A DNA stretch of 59,934 bases, filler included, from Porpidia crustulata (Eukaryota): the NCBI GenBank assembly GCA_964255105.1. It is 8 parts of 8 records of this genome, joined end to end, with 100 filler letters (N's around TTAATTAATTAA, not from the genome) between each part and the next. Parts side by side here need not be neighbours in the genome. Positions count along the whole stretch, not along the records: positions 22,552 to 29,956 come from CAXUWE010001331.1; positions 30,057 to 37,455 come from CAXUWE010001332.1; 6 more parts are not named here. The stretch is one strand, 5' to 3'. Below the pieces are notes generated by a model. The model made no database searches and was not told where the DNA came from. It was given only the letters and a program-made list of their open reading frames with translations. Shown piece after piece: positions 24,824 through 37,118 of this stretch. The stretch's first letter is position 1; the number at the start of each line of letters is the position of its first letter. The position numbers and the translations under genes were made by a program.

Positions 24824-25652
24824 CCTAAGTGCTGACCTGCCACGGCGAACTATACCTTGATGTTTCTCGAACGGATGCTGCCCATGGTAATGTTAAGATT
24901 AGTCCTGACCCCTTGTGCCTACGTTATACCTGGCACTGAGAAGCAACATTGACTTGAAAGCCACCGAGAATTTGTGGCGTCTTCGGTCAGTCATCACGCT
25001 GGAACCGAAGTCAGCCACAAAGGGACCGAACCAACGATGCATCCACGCTTTGCGACTTCTAAGGTCTATGAATTTAGTGAGCTTCAAACCACACGGCCAC
25101 GCGTGCTATATCGGTTCAATGTCATCCGTAGGGACATACATAGGTCCTGCTCCATACCACTTTTGATGCGCTGTCGTAACCTCGTTACGAGTTGCTAATA
25201 GATCCTCTTCTGGGCTGCGCAAGAGTTAAACGGACCTCCAAGGCGCGGAACCATCTGTGCATTGGGTATGCACCCCCCATGCAGGGTAGCGCCCCTCCAC
25301 CTAGCTTCCTCACCTGGGTAAACCAATACCCCTGGGGATGGTCGTAGCATGCACTAGTACGATGATAGCTTCCATATAATTTGCTTTGGGGAGCATGGGG
25401 CGGGAAGTTTGGGCGTGACCAAGAGTCCTCCTTGCTCCACCGTGCTAAGGAAGCTTATAGCGTAGTAGGACTGAGGCTCAAAATGCCGACGAAGAATCCT
25501 GCTGCCAACTCACCGAAGGTGTCTGTCAATTCCGTTGCGTCAGGCTTTTGATCACTGGGATTTCTCAATAGTCTCGTCGCATAAGTAAAAGCTCTATGAA
25601 TATCATTCACTCTAGCGTTAATCTTCACCGCTTATAACATATAACATAGGCT

Positions 25653-26117
25653 ATGACGATCGAGGCAATGGCGAGCGCTAAAGCTGCCTGTGATCGATGC
25701 AGAGGACAAAAGCTACGTTGCGTTTGGGAGTCCAGCTCCAGACAATGCCACAGATGTACTCGGGCGAAGGTCGCATGCTTCGTATCACCTCCACGACCCA
25801 TGGGCCGTCCGCAGCGTCGGTCGGTAACGTCGCTGCGTGACAGCGACCAAAGCTTCGGCGACGAGGATAAAGCTGGGCAAAGCTACGAAGCTTATGCGTC
25901 AACGTCGATGTATCCATTGCTTCAGTCCGAAGAGGACGCCCTGATGGATATTCAAACGAGTGACGATATCTTCTCAGTCGACGGCAGCAATGCCGATGCG
26001 GCCCAGGTAGATACGTCCTGGCATGAAAACCTTCCTTCCCTGGCGAATGACAAAGGTGGTCCATCAACGCCTCCATCATATATTCAGCCAGACCTCTTAA
26101 AGGTACTCAATCAGTAA
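25653..26117 (+). CDS. Zn(II)2Cys6 cluster-type transcription factor, 5' portion (3' part appears lost)
   Basis: ACDRCRGQKLRC...QCHRCTRAKVAC followed by PRPMGRP. No complete TF C-terminus is found downstream. Confidence 0.8.
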   Translation: MTIEAMASAKAACDRCRGQKLRCVWESSSRQCHRCTRAKVACFVSPPRPMGRPQRRSVTSLRDSDQSFGDEDKAGQSYEAYASTSMYPLLQSEEDALMDIQTSDDIFSVDGSNADAAQVDTSWHENLPSLANDKGGPSTPPSYIQPDLLKVLNQ

Positions 26118-26306
26118 GTTGTCATTCATCCAAGGCTTTACTGTTCGCAGCGTTGATGTAGGTCAGTCTTCCTGAACCGATTGCTTTTCTAAAGCGGAAG
26201 AGCGGCAATGCGGCGGGTAGCTCGAGTGTGCGGAATTCGCTCGAACCTGCAGCTTTGATTCGCAAGGACGCAGCAACTAGATACAGTCAACGATGGCACG
26301 GAAGAT

Positions 26307-27215
26307 ATGGGAATTAGATCGTCAATCGCACCAGCCCTCAATGCTGAATTCGAGCGGCAGGAGGAAGACCTGAAGCAGATGACGCAGTTGTGCAATCTCA
26401 CCGTTGAATTGTGCAAGCACCCCTTACACAAAGCTACCTCGCCAATCCGAAGTCCACCAAATCCACGAATGATGACCACTCCACCAGACAGCGCGCATGG
26501 AGCTGAAGTTTCGTTCTTCAAACCTTACAATACTTTACGGGATACCAACGTTGGATCTACGAAAGAGATTATTCGACTGTCGCTTGAACACAACCATGTT
26601 ACGCACATACAGTTTGTCTCAACCTCCGGGCTTGCGACGGTGCTCTCTTGCGATCTCTTCGAGGGCCCAGTATGCTCTTCGCCACCAGAATTCTCAGGTC
26701 CTCAAGGGTATATCTTGACCAGATTGGCATGCGAGCTTTACCTCGAAAACGTCAGCAAAACGACAGGGCTGTATGTGAAAATCCATCGACCAACGGTCAT
26801 TGTAGGCCCAGATGCACCGCGCCACGACGTCATGCGTAGTGTCCTGCACTACTCAGAAAATATTTCTGCTGTGCCTCAATTGACGGGAATTGAGGGCACA
26901 CTTCAGTTTGTCGAGGTCGATCGAGTTGCGGAAGACATAATGGTTGATGTTACGCGAGACTCAACGCATGGGTCTCATGTTGAGTATCGAAACCAGTACG
27001 ATGTGAATATCGAGATTCACGAGCTGGGCACGTTCGTGGGTAAGAGATCAGGCATCCTTATATCAGCCGTACCTACGAGTGAGTGGGTTCAGAAGGCTGA
27101 GGCGGCAGGTATGGCAACTGAGGTCGCAAAGTTCTTGGGAGCAGTGCATCTTCGACAAAGTGAGAAGAGCGAGAAGTTAGCGCTGCGTAGGCTTTGGAAA
27201 GGCCCTCCGCAGTAG
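26307..27215 (+). pseudogene. Chimeric ORF: about 63 aa unrelated N-terminus fused to the C-terminal half of a PKS-NRPS terminal reductase (R) domain
   Basis: From about 26495: HGAEVSFFKPYNTLRDTNVGSTKEIIRL, IQFVST, GYILTRLACELYLE, IHRPTVIVG, VLHYSENISAVP, LQFVEVDRVA, EWVQKAEAAGM. The GxxGxxG Rossmann N-terminus is absent. Confidence 0.75.
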
Positions 27216-27734
27216 ACGTAGCTTGCTTAGCTGCTCTACAATTTTGATAGCTTGGTGGTTGCATTGAGCTCAATATACGCTCATGCTTACACCACAGGTC
27301 TTCAAGTTCATGGTCTGCGTTCTGTAGATGTCTTTGCGCAGTCTCGCCGAAGGACAGTTCAATTCGCTATCCAGACAACCGGCAGTGCCTCGACGTATTG
27401 CTTTGGCTCCTGCCGATACGCGTTTGTACCGTACACCGAATCGGCTTCACTCTGTTTTCTAGGAGATATACATAGAAATAATGTTTTCAAGGAAACCATT
27501 TTAGCATCATCGTGAACGGTTACAAATTTTCGACCAAAATCCCCCATTCACCCTCAAGATTTTGAAAGAGCCCGAATTCGGACACATTCAATGCTCAGCT
27601 CTGCCAGGTAGGGATGATGTCAGGCACATATCACACGTATTAAAATCGTCTAGCAACAATTTTGAACGGCCTCGTCAGTGTCTTTGCAGCCAGCTTCATC
27701 AACGTGCACTCCTACAAGTATTCCGTGGACTAAG

Positions 27735-29346
27735 ATGGCTTTGCCTAAAACTCCAGCACTACTCGTGGTCGGTGTTGCATTGACAGCAATTAACTGGGTC
27801 GTAATCATCGTGCAACGACTCTTCTATTCTAGAGTCACTCATATTCCTGGGCCAAAACTTGCAGCGGTGTCTACTCTCTACCAGGCATATTATGATTTCT
27901 TCCCACACCGAGGCCGCTTTCTTTAGAAATGCATTGACTTGCACAAGGAGTATGGTCCTATCATCCGCATCGGGCCCGACGAGGTCCATGTCAATGATCC
28001 TTCAATCTACTTGGAGATGTATGGCTCTGCGACCCATCGTCGAAACAAGTCCGCGCTATAGTATTGGATGGACGGCACTGGCGAGTTCGGCGACTTGAGC
28101 GTGTTCATGACAATGGACCACAATATGCACAGGATGCGGAGGAGTGGGCTGGGCACGTTCTTTAGTAAGCGCATGGTGAACGAGCTCGAACCGCGAATTA
28201 GAGATAAAGTACTCCTGTTACGTAAGAGGATGTTGGAGCGTGCTGCCACGCGTGAAATGGTAGACGATGGGTAGGTCAGATACCAACCCCCTAGTTGCAT
28301 CCAGGTGCTAAATACTAGGTTTGACAGATATTATTTCCATGTACTGCTTCGGCCAAAGCATAGGATCGCTTGATGAACAACAGCTGGGAAAGAGATGGAA
28401 CGATTTGATGGGGTCTGGTGTCCGACTCCAGCCCTTCTTACGCTAATTTCCAGGCATCGCCCGACTTGTTCTTGCCCTACCAAAGCAGATTACGAACCTT
28501 GTGCCCCTGTACGGGGAAGCGACAACTCTCATTGGTACCGCCGTTGCTCTGACTCGCACTGCGATGGATGAGGCGATCCACGATACTGGCAAGTGGCCAC
28601 GCCTGGAAGAAGTTCCCCAGACCACGGTCCTGCATTCCATGATCCGGAGCGATACCTTGCCTGAGCACGAAAAGACGTTTCCCCGACTCGCTGCCGACGC
28701 TGCAACATTGGTCGCTGGAGGCATGGACACCACCAGTCGCACGCTTTCCGTGACCACGTACCACCTTTTGAAAAATGAACATATGCGAACCCGTGTAATG
28801 CAAGAGCTTCGCTTCATCATGCCTACGCCTCAGTCGCCGCTGCCGTCCGTCGTTCAGCTGGAAAAGCTGCCGTATCTCACCGCTGTCATCTATAAGGGAC
28901 TGCGGACTGCGCACGGGGTCGCCGGTCGACTTGTACGGATCGCTCCCGACGAGGATCTGGATTACACCCGCAGCGACGGGAAAACTTACCGCATCCCTCG
29001 CGGCGCAACATTCTCTCAGTCCGAGTATCTGATCCACACAAACGAAGCAATCTACCCGAACCCCGATGCATTCGACCCCGAACGCTTCTACAGGGCCGAC
29101 GGTGAGATGACGGACGCTGAACGTAACTTGATTGCTTTTGGCAAAGGCACCCGCGCCTGTCCTGGCATCAACCTTGCCTGGGCCGAGATGTATCTGGCGA
29201 TTGCAGCGCTTTTCGGCTCGCTGTCAATGGCGATTGATCGGACCACGGACAAGGATGTGATGATTGATGGTGAGTTCTTCGTCGGTGCCTTGCCCAACAC
29301 CGGGCCGGGGATTTCCGTCAAGGTTCTCGGAGAGCTGGAGGAGTAG
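27735..29346 (+). pseudogene. Cytochrome P450 pseudogene
   Basis: IPGPKLAA, YGPIIRIGPDEVHVND, AGGMDTT, FDPERF and FGKGTRACPG are retained. In-frame stops at 27924-26 (TAG), 28059-61 (TAG) and 28444-46 (TAA); ExxR reads KGLR (28894); apparent frame mismatch across the intron at 28271-28327. Confidence 0.9.
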
Positions 29347-29956
29347 GCAAGCACAGCCCTGTGCCGTACGGTCTGCGACGTGATGTTGTTCACGCGATGG
29401 CACACCAATGCGCGAACACTCATCTGGTTTAATGGGTTTGAGTCACGTTATGGCGAATAAATGCAGCGGATTGAGAGGTCTTGTATGGTCGACTCGGGGA
29501 GTGAGAGAGAGTCTATACATATACATATCGAGCAGGATCAAAGTAACGCAATCTTCAAAAAGAAACACCGTGCAAAAATGTGACTTACTAGGTCCCTGGG
29601 ACCTCAATGTGGGGGTTAAGCCCACGACCGAGCTTTACGCATAGCCGTCGGGCCAAGTATCTGCCACTTGCTGGGTCTTTTGCGTAGGTCTTTTGGGAAC
29701 ATGCCATCCCGTCCTCCTCGGCGATCCTTCAGGACGGCCGCTTTCTGTACGGATCTGGTACAAGGTAAGGGGCCAGATGATGCAGTAAGATTTATATCAC
29801 TTTTCGATGTTCGCTCTGTAAAGGAGACTATTTCCGACTACGATGCTGTGAAGAACGCCACTCATCCCAACCAAAACCCAGAGTGATTGTTCACCTTGAT
29901 GGGCCACCTAGCTGGCAGTAGGGCTGGGTGGACTTCTTTTCGATGTTTGGCTTCCT

Positions 29957-30056
29957 NNNNNNNNNNNNNNNNNNNNNNNNNNNNNNNNNNNNNNNNNNNN
30001 TTAATTAATTAANNNNNNNNNNNNNNNNNNNNNNNNNNNNNNNNNNNNNNNNNNNN
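29957..30056. other. Artificial contig spacer
   Basis: N-TTAATTAATTAA-N, 100 bp. Confidence 0.99.
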
Positions 30057-30220
30057 TCTCCTCACTCATCTCCTCACTCATCTCCTCACTTATATAAACT
30101 TCATTCGATCGCAAAACACCCGTCCGTCCAAATCATCCATCCAAGTCACCAAACCCATCCAAGTCACCCAAACCCATCCAAGTCACCCAAACCCATCCAA
30201 GTCACCCAAACCCATCCAAA
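30057..30220. repeat. Two minisatellites: TCTCCTCACTCA (about 3 copies) and CATCCAAGTCACCCAAACC (about 4 copies)
   Basis: Read directly at the start of contig 5. Confidence 0.9.
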
Positions 30221-30523
30221 CTAATCAAATGTATTTAGTTCAGGAGTAAGAAGGGGAGATTCAGAGTGATTGAAGGGACAATAACATTGGCCTTTCCATT
30301 CATATTGGGAGCTACTAAGGTATTTGTATCGAAATATCTCCGAGGTCATGATAAGAAATAACTCGGACTTTTCGCGATGGAGGTTTTGAACTATGAAATA
30401 CTGTCACTACTCATGCCTAAAACCTTTCTTATTCAATATAGCGCACTTCGCCGCCGGATCCCATTAACGCTACACCGGCGCCCGGACCCCATAAGCCGTC
30501 GCAAGCTTGCTGGAGCTTGCCAA

Positions 30524-31601
30524 TCATCCCGACACCACCGACGCCGTCCCAGAGCCCTCCATGTTGCGGACGCAATCGACACCCGCTTCCTTATCCGCCC
30601 CTCCTCGCCTCTGTCGATCCGTCTGGTCCATCGCCACTTCCAGGGTGGGAAGAAAAGGTTTGAGGTACGGGACACAAGCGATGACGATACCGAGGTTCTG
30701 AACGATCTGGTTCGCGAGGACGGCGGGCCATGCTGTGAAGGTCACATCGGCGGCGCCGGAGTTGAGATTCAGATAGATGAGGGATGTGATGATCGCAGGT
30801 GTGAGGAGGGCGCGAGCGCCGAAGCAGGCGGCGATGAGGGCTTGGCTTTCCTTGGGGATCTGGATCTGGATCTGGCGAAGGATGAACAGCGGGAGGAGGA
30901 CGAGGGCGAGATCGGTGGAGATGTTGATGAGGCCGAAGAAGTTCCAGAAAGCAGTGCGGTTGATGCAGGCGTTGCCAATGAATTTCCAGGGGGTTGGGAA
31001 ATTGCATTGGAAGGCTGTGGTGAAAGCTGCTGTTGCTGCCCAGAACACTATGGCTGCTCCGAAAGCGAGGATCAGTCGCCGCTGAATTGGTACGGGAGTG
31101 ATTGTGCGTAAGAGGAGGAGAATAGAGAGTTTTGTAAAGCAGAGAGTGAGGATGTAACACAAGTCGGAGGCATAGGTGGACTTTGCGGTGTCAGTATCTT
31201 GGTTCAAACCTTCCAGGAGGAAGGCATGGTGGAGAGTTACCTGCTGAAATCTGTCAAGTTGCAATGGAGTCAAGACACTGACGTGCCGGCCAAGCCCGTT
31301 CCAGACTTGCATGGATACGGCGACGGATTGGGCTATGCTGAATAGCTGGCATTGGAAACCAGTACGTTAGCTGTCTTTGAACCATATTAGTTTGGTCACC
31401 CAAGCATACCAGTGCAATGGTAATAAGCAAATCGTCACTGGCAAGTCTCCGTGAGGCGGCGTGTTTGGTTGCAATTCGCGCAATGACGGATATGATTGTT
31501 GCTGCAAGTAGAAGCCATACTAGAACGCTGACGATATGCCCATGGTCGACTATTGTGCTGACGGGTCGATTTCCTTCGATGGGTTTTTCTTGAGAGGGCA
31601 T
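30524..31601 (-). CDS. PTH11-like (rhodopsin-domain) integral membrane protein without CFEM
   Basis: ARIATK..ASDDLLITIAL, NGLGRH, YASDLCYILTLCFTKLSIL, AFQCNFPTPW, NISTDLALVLLP, QNLGIVIACVPYLKPFL; two introns. Confidence 0.85.
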
Positions 31602-34393
31602 CTCGTGGGAAAAGGTAATGAGGTGCCTGAATTCGATGTGTTCTTGCTGGCTGTAGCAATTCTTTGATTCGGTTTTCTTGAGGAGAGTGCTGGGAAGCGT
31701 TTCATTTGGATGGAGCGCTTTCTAAACACGAGGTTCGACATGTTGGGGGAAACATATGGCTTTTCAATAGTCAAAGCTGCAGAATCTTGTGGCGTACACA
31801 CCAAACCATATGATCTGCAAGGGACCGTTTAGGTTGTATTTCTTGTGATGAGAGTTTCGGGATCTTCATTCAGCTGACAGACAAATGTTTGATTATCATG
31901 CCTGCGCACTCGAATTGCTGCCCCGCGAAGCATCACAGATATTGCTTATCTGGAGCGGGAAGACTTTTGGCAGAGGGAAGATGCCGACGGGAAGTATTGA
32001 GGTACAGTTTGTGAACATGTACCAGCCCATCCCGATCACCAGGGCAAATCCTTCCTCGATCATCTCAAGGCCATTTTGTTGCTTCTATTCACTGCTCAAA
32101 GGTAAGATCTTGAGTCTGAAGCTGGACGACATGTTGAAACCCATGAACAGTTATTCCGTGCCGGTGAAGTGCAATCCACAAGTACTCCAGATCAAACAAA
32201 CAATACCAATCAATGGCAAGTTTCGTTTCATGGATTGTCAACAGATGTCGATGCTTCCAGATCGGTGAGTCAAGTCCGAGTGAACAGCGTTTCATGTAGA
32301 GCTCCGAGATAGCGCCATGCAAGTCATATCTAATGTTCGGCTCCTTCTGCTTGAGGCCGATGTTGTCGTTGCCATCCAATCATGCTGATCTGATAAGGTC
32401 CTCAAGATCCAAACATGTGGCACGTCCCGTCCCGTCATTCTTAGACACACTAGATATATCCCGTTCGTGCCCGTCTTTTATGCTCCTGGGATCTGTTCGT
32501 CCACTCATTTGTAAAGAAAGTTGCAAAGCGACCGCCATTATGGTGGCACACGCTGGATATTTACCCCACAATGTCAAACAGACCCATGTCGTGGTTCCCC
32601 GCTCGCACAAAATCCTGTGCCGTCCCTTGTGCCATACGCAAGATTGTGTGCACTCCAAAGGCACCGTCTTAGATGATGAACGTTCTCGTTGTCTTCCGTC
32701 TTTCACTACTCATTTAGAGGCAGGGAATCCAAACGAAGCCCAACATCTCCACTGCCAAGGATGATCGATGCTAGGCATCCTTATCCAATGAGGCGTAAAG
32801 CCACTGTATCTGTAAGCTCAACGTTGTCAATGAAAATGGTAGTCTCGTGGCCACATAAGAAAACGGAAGGAATTGGATGCAGAGCCTGACGTATCACTCG
32901 ATGAAGACATGTAGGGCAGCCATTTAATTAGTAAATGACAGCCGTAAGTTGACCATGACAGCTTCACGCGCAGTATGTTCCATCAGATTTTGTGCTTCTC
33001 CATCTATCTCATCAGCTATGTATGAAGTACGTCATCAACGAGTAATTGCAGATAATACCACATCTCTATTTGACTCGAACGTATTGGAAGTCCAGGTCTC
33101 TGTTACGACATTCGAGACTTCCGATAGAGGCATAGTCGTTGAGTATAATCTGCTTGATCCAAATCGCCTAGCTTTACTGTGTACTCGTGTTATCAGACTC
33201 CAGTTTTTTCGTGATTTGGCACATTTCATCGTTGATGCTATAAACGATAAAACTCCTAGTGCCGGCAGTCAAAATCTCCTTGATCTGTTATCCATGACAG
33301 TCTTCTGTAAATAGAACAACTCTGAGCCGCAACTTCGAGCTGTGCAAGTGTAAATTTTTCCCAATAAGCCTTGAAAGGTGATGGAGAAGATCTTGCCGAA
33401 CCGGTGTGCAGAAGGAATTTCACTCAATGAGGCGCTGGTGCCATTAAACGAGCTGGTGCTATGAACGACAGATCATCTTGTAGCAGTCTCACTGGGAGCT
33501 GTGCAACAGTACAGCTCGGAGGATATCGAGCGACGTTGATGATGCAGCAATATATATTTCCATCCTGGAAAGTGACCCGTTGATCATTGATCACCATGCT
33601 AACAAAAAAGCCTCTCCACGGGGCCTCAACTTATCCTCAATTAGTAGATACCATCAGTATCAAAGAGAATCCGCACCATCTTGTGATAGATTGTTATATC
33701 TAGGTGGTTTGAGCAATTAAACCACCCAATGCGAGATACTCTGTAGCATGACGCCAAGAATCACAAACTGACAGCTTGTTACGGGCACAAGGCTGTTTAA
33801 TGCAGCTCAGTCGGTGCATTCTGACGGCGTTCTGTAGGCTTAATCATCACAATGTCTGATGAAGCACTGGCTGATGTACATTCTGAAGTAAACAGGGAGT
33901 TGAGAATAATGCCAAGTGGATAGCTGTTGAGAGAATCAAGTAGAAGGATGAATGATAATCTCAAGGGACAGCTACCTATCTCATTAGTATGCAGAGCACA
34001 AGACAATCTAACCAGTAATGGAGATGCGTAAGTCCACCACCTGACTGGACTCAGGTGGTCTTTACTTCATGACAGTACGGTCAATGCTACTCTGTACTAC
34101 GTCGTCCTTCCATATTACAGTTGTACTGGAATTCATAGGATTTGTCTCGCGATTTCGGAACGCGATTCCCCGGGCTAATTTTGTCCGGTACTAACTCGGA
34201 CAGGCTAGTACGATAAAGAAGTCCATCGAAATGGAAATATAATCACCATCACTCTCACCATCGCTCATCAGCTGGTGTATGATGGCCAACGGCGATGACC
34301 ACTTCTCAGATATCTCGTTCGCTTACTATCATTCCTTTCTATCTTGATATCTTTCGATATATTAACGGTGCAGAGCCGGCCCGGTAAACCACC

Positions 34394-37118
34394 ATGGCAT
34401 TCCAGGCACCCACGACCGTTACTGTTCGTCCAGCGCCATATTCCATCTATCTACCTCTCGACTAATCATACTCGGAACAGAATATTACTTCTCTCACGTC
34501 GGAGTTGTGGCCGTTCATGAAATCTACATTGATCGCGCCTTGGAGGAATTTGTCACAGACATCTGCTCGTAGCAAGCCCGCCCCTGCCAGCGGTGTGCAA
34601 GCGAGACATGCCTCTACAGTACCCTCAGCAATAGATGGCAAGGTAGGAACAGTCTTCAATACTTAACCAGTAGGAAGCGCTGAGAGACACGTGTAGATAT
34701 TCTCGGCAGCTCAAATTCCAGATTGCCTCGCCTCGGCATCCATGGTGTCCCTCCGGCCCTTCCCTCAAATCGCCAACCCCTCGCGTCTACGAGGCTCTAT
34801 GACCTCATCTCTGCGTAAATAGCCCCTCCCCGCGCTAGGATTATGGCTGACCAACGCAGTGTCCTCGAGAAGTCTCTGGTCCGCGAACTTGGGCGTCTAT
34901 GCCCCCGAAGCAAAACCCTCTCAATCCACCCGAATGTATTCTACCCTCCCTCCTTTTAGGTACGCCCGTAGCTATAGGTCTTCAGCTCCCAAGCTTTTGA
35001 GCAGTATACAGCGGAGGGGAGTAATGGGGACAAGCTCGAATCAGGGTCAGTTGGCACACTTGGAGCAGACTGCAAATAACCACCCGGGAAGTGCGACTGC
35101 GCAGTATGCCTTTTACTCAGCCTTGCTCCGCGCCAACATGCCTGCGATTGTCATCGAACGTTTTCAAACGGGCAGATACGCCTCAAGCACGACTTGCGAA
35201 GCCGCCTTTCGTCAAGCACTGGAGAGGGTGGCACAAACAGAAGGAATCAACGGGCTAGGATCAAGCACGCAACTGCAGGGTCAAACCTCGGGAATGAGCA
35301 ATTCTCAGCTTCAAGCCGTAGCTCAAGCTGTTGCTGCTCAATCAAGAGGGTCAAATATCGCGGTGGCCCGCGGCAAGGACGGCTCCACCGGTACCGGTGT
35401 GAAGGAAAGCCCGCTGTACGTCGTGGTTGAAGAATCATTGGGTGGGACCATATTCAAATGGGTCAAGTTCCTATTTTACTTCGGACTCGTGGCCTATTTC
35501 TCCTTGGTCGTTGTTACTGTTTTGGTCGAAACTACTGGCATACTGAAGAAGGTCGGCGGGACTCAGAATAACGAGGCCCAACCTCAGCATCAGACAGTAC
35601 GCTTCGGCGATGTGCACGGCTGCGATGAAGCAAAAGAGGAACTTCAGGAGCTGGTGGAATTCCTCAAGAACCCGGAAAAATTCTCGACACTTGGTGGAAA
35701 GTTACCTAAAGGAGTTCTCCTTGTTGGGCCTCCTGGTACCGGCAAGACCCTACTCGCTCGAGCCGTAGCGGGAGAGGCAGGCGTCCCATTCTTCTTTATG
35801 TCCGGAGCCGAGTTTGATGAAATCTACGTTGGTGTTGGTGCGAAGCGTGTCCGTGATCTATTCAGCAACGCTCGGTCCAAGGCTCCTGCTATTATCTTCA
35901 TTGACGAGCTCGATGCCATAGGAGGCAAACGTAATGAAAGAGATCCGGCATATGTTAAACAATCACTCAACCAGCTGCTCACTGAGTTGGATGGATTTTC
36001 TCAAGAAACAGGTGTCATTATTCTTGCAGCCACGAATTTCCCTAAGCTTCTGGACAAGGCTCTCACCAGACCAGGCCGTTTCGATCGCAAAGTCGTGGTT
36101 CCACTACCTGATGTCCGAGGTCGTGTGGCAATCCTGAAGCATCATATGAAGAACGTTCTGATTGGTACCGACGTCGACGAGACCGTCATTGCCCGAGGCA
36201 CCTCTGGCTTTTCAGGCGCTCAGCTCGAGAATCTCGTCAACCAGGCTGCTGTGCGCGCCAGTCGGAACAAGGCTTCAAAAGTCGCCATGCTGGATTTCGA
36301 ATGGGCCAAGGACAAGATTGTGATGGGGGCTGAAAGACGAAGCGCCGTTATTCAAGATAAGGATAAGCTGATGACTGCCTATCACGAAGGCGGGCATGCA
36401 TTGGTAGCCATGTTTACCAAGGGCCATCCTCAGCTCTACAAAGCCACCATCATGCCACGAGGAGAATCCCTCGGTATGACAACCTCTATGCATGAAATGG
36501 ACAAGGTATCAATGGCGAAAGAGGAATACATTGCTCTGATAGACGTGGCAATGGGTGGCAAAGTTGCCGAAGAATTAGTCTATGGCCCAGACATGGTCAC
36601 CAGCGGTTGCGCTTCTGTAGGGTTCCTTTGATACTTTATGACTACCCACTAGCGACTGATCAATCTTGCAGGACATTCAGAGCGCTACCAGTATCGCCCG
36701 CTCCATGGTCACCCGGTTGGGCATGTCCGACCTCCTTGGCAATGTCGACCTCCAATCTGATTACTCCCGCCTCTCCTCCACCACAAAACAGCAGATCGAG
36801 GCCGAAGTCCGTCGTCTTGTCGAGGAGGGCCGCCAGCGCGCCACGAAGATGCTGACCGAGAAGAGAAAGGAGCTGGACATGATCGCGAAAGCGCTCGTTG
36901 AGTACGAGGTCTTGAATTTGGACGAAATGAAAAAGGTGCTCAAGGGCGAGAAGTTGAAGAAGTTGACCGTGTTGCCCAAGACGCCGATCATGCTGCCAGA
37001 GATAGTGCTGCCGCCGGGCATTGGCAGCGGGGGGGCCGCCACCCCCGGGAGCCATTCTAGCGCTCTGCCGGAGAATGGAAAATCTAGCCCAGGAGGAAGC
37101 GGTGGGGCGAAGTTCTGA
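34394..37118 (+). CDS. YME1: Mitochondrial i-AAA protease Yme1
   Basis: Walker A GPPGTGKT, Walker [21 protein letters not shown], zinc motif HEGGH, one TM helix; short 5' exons from the ATG at 34394 and an intron at about 36618-36671. Confidence 0.95.

Noticed and set aside
30057..30220. Tandem repeats as a CRISPR-like array
   Set aside because: The units are head-to-tail with no unique spacers, and the genome is eukaryotic. The same applies to 20543-20598.
30377..31111. 244-aa plus-strand ORF, and similar long antisense ORFs (12880-13728, 36660-37286, 51699-52415, 53088-53753)
   Set aside because: These are shadows of well-supported genes on the opposite strand, mostly in GC-rich coding DNA, and have no motifs of their own.
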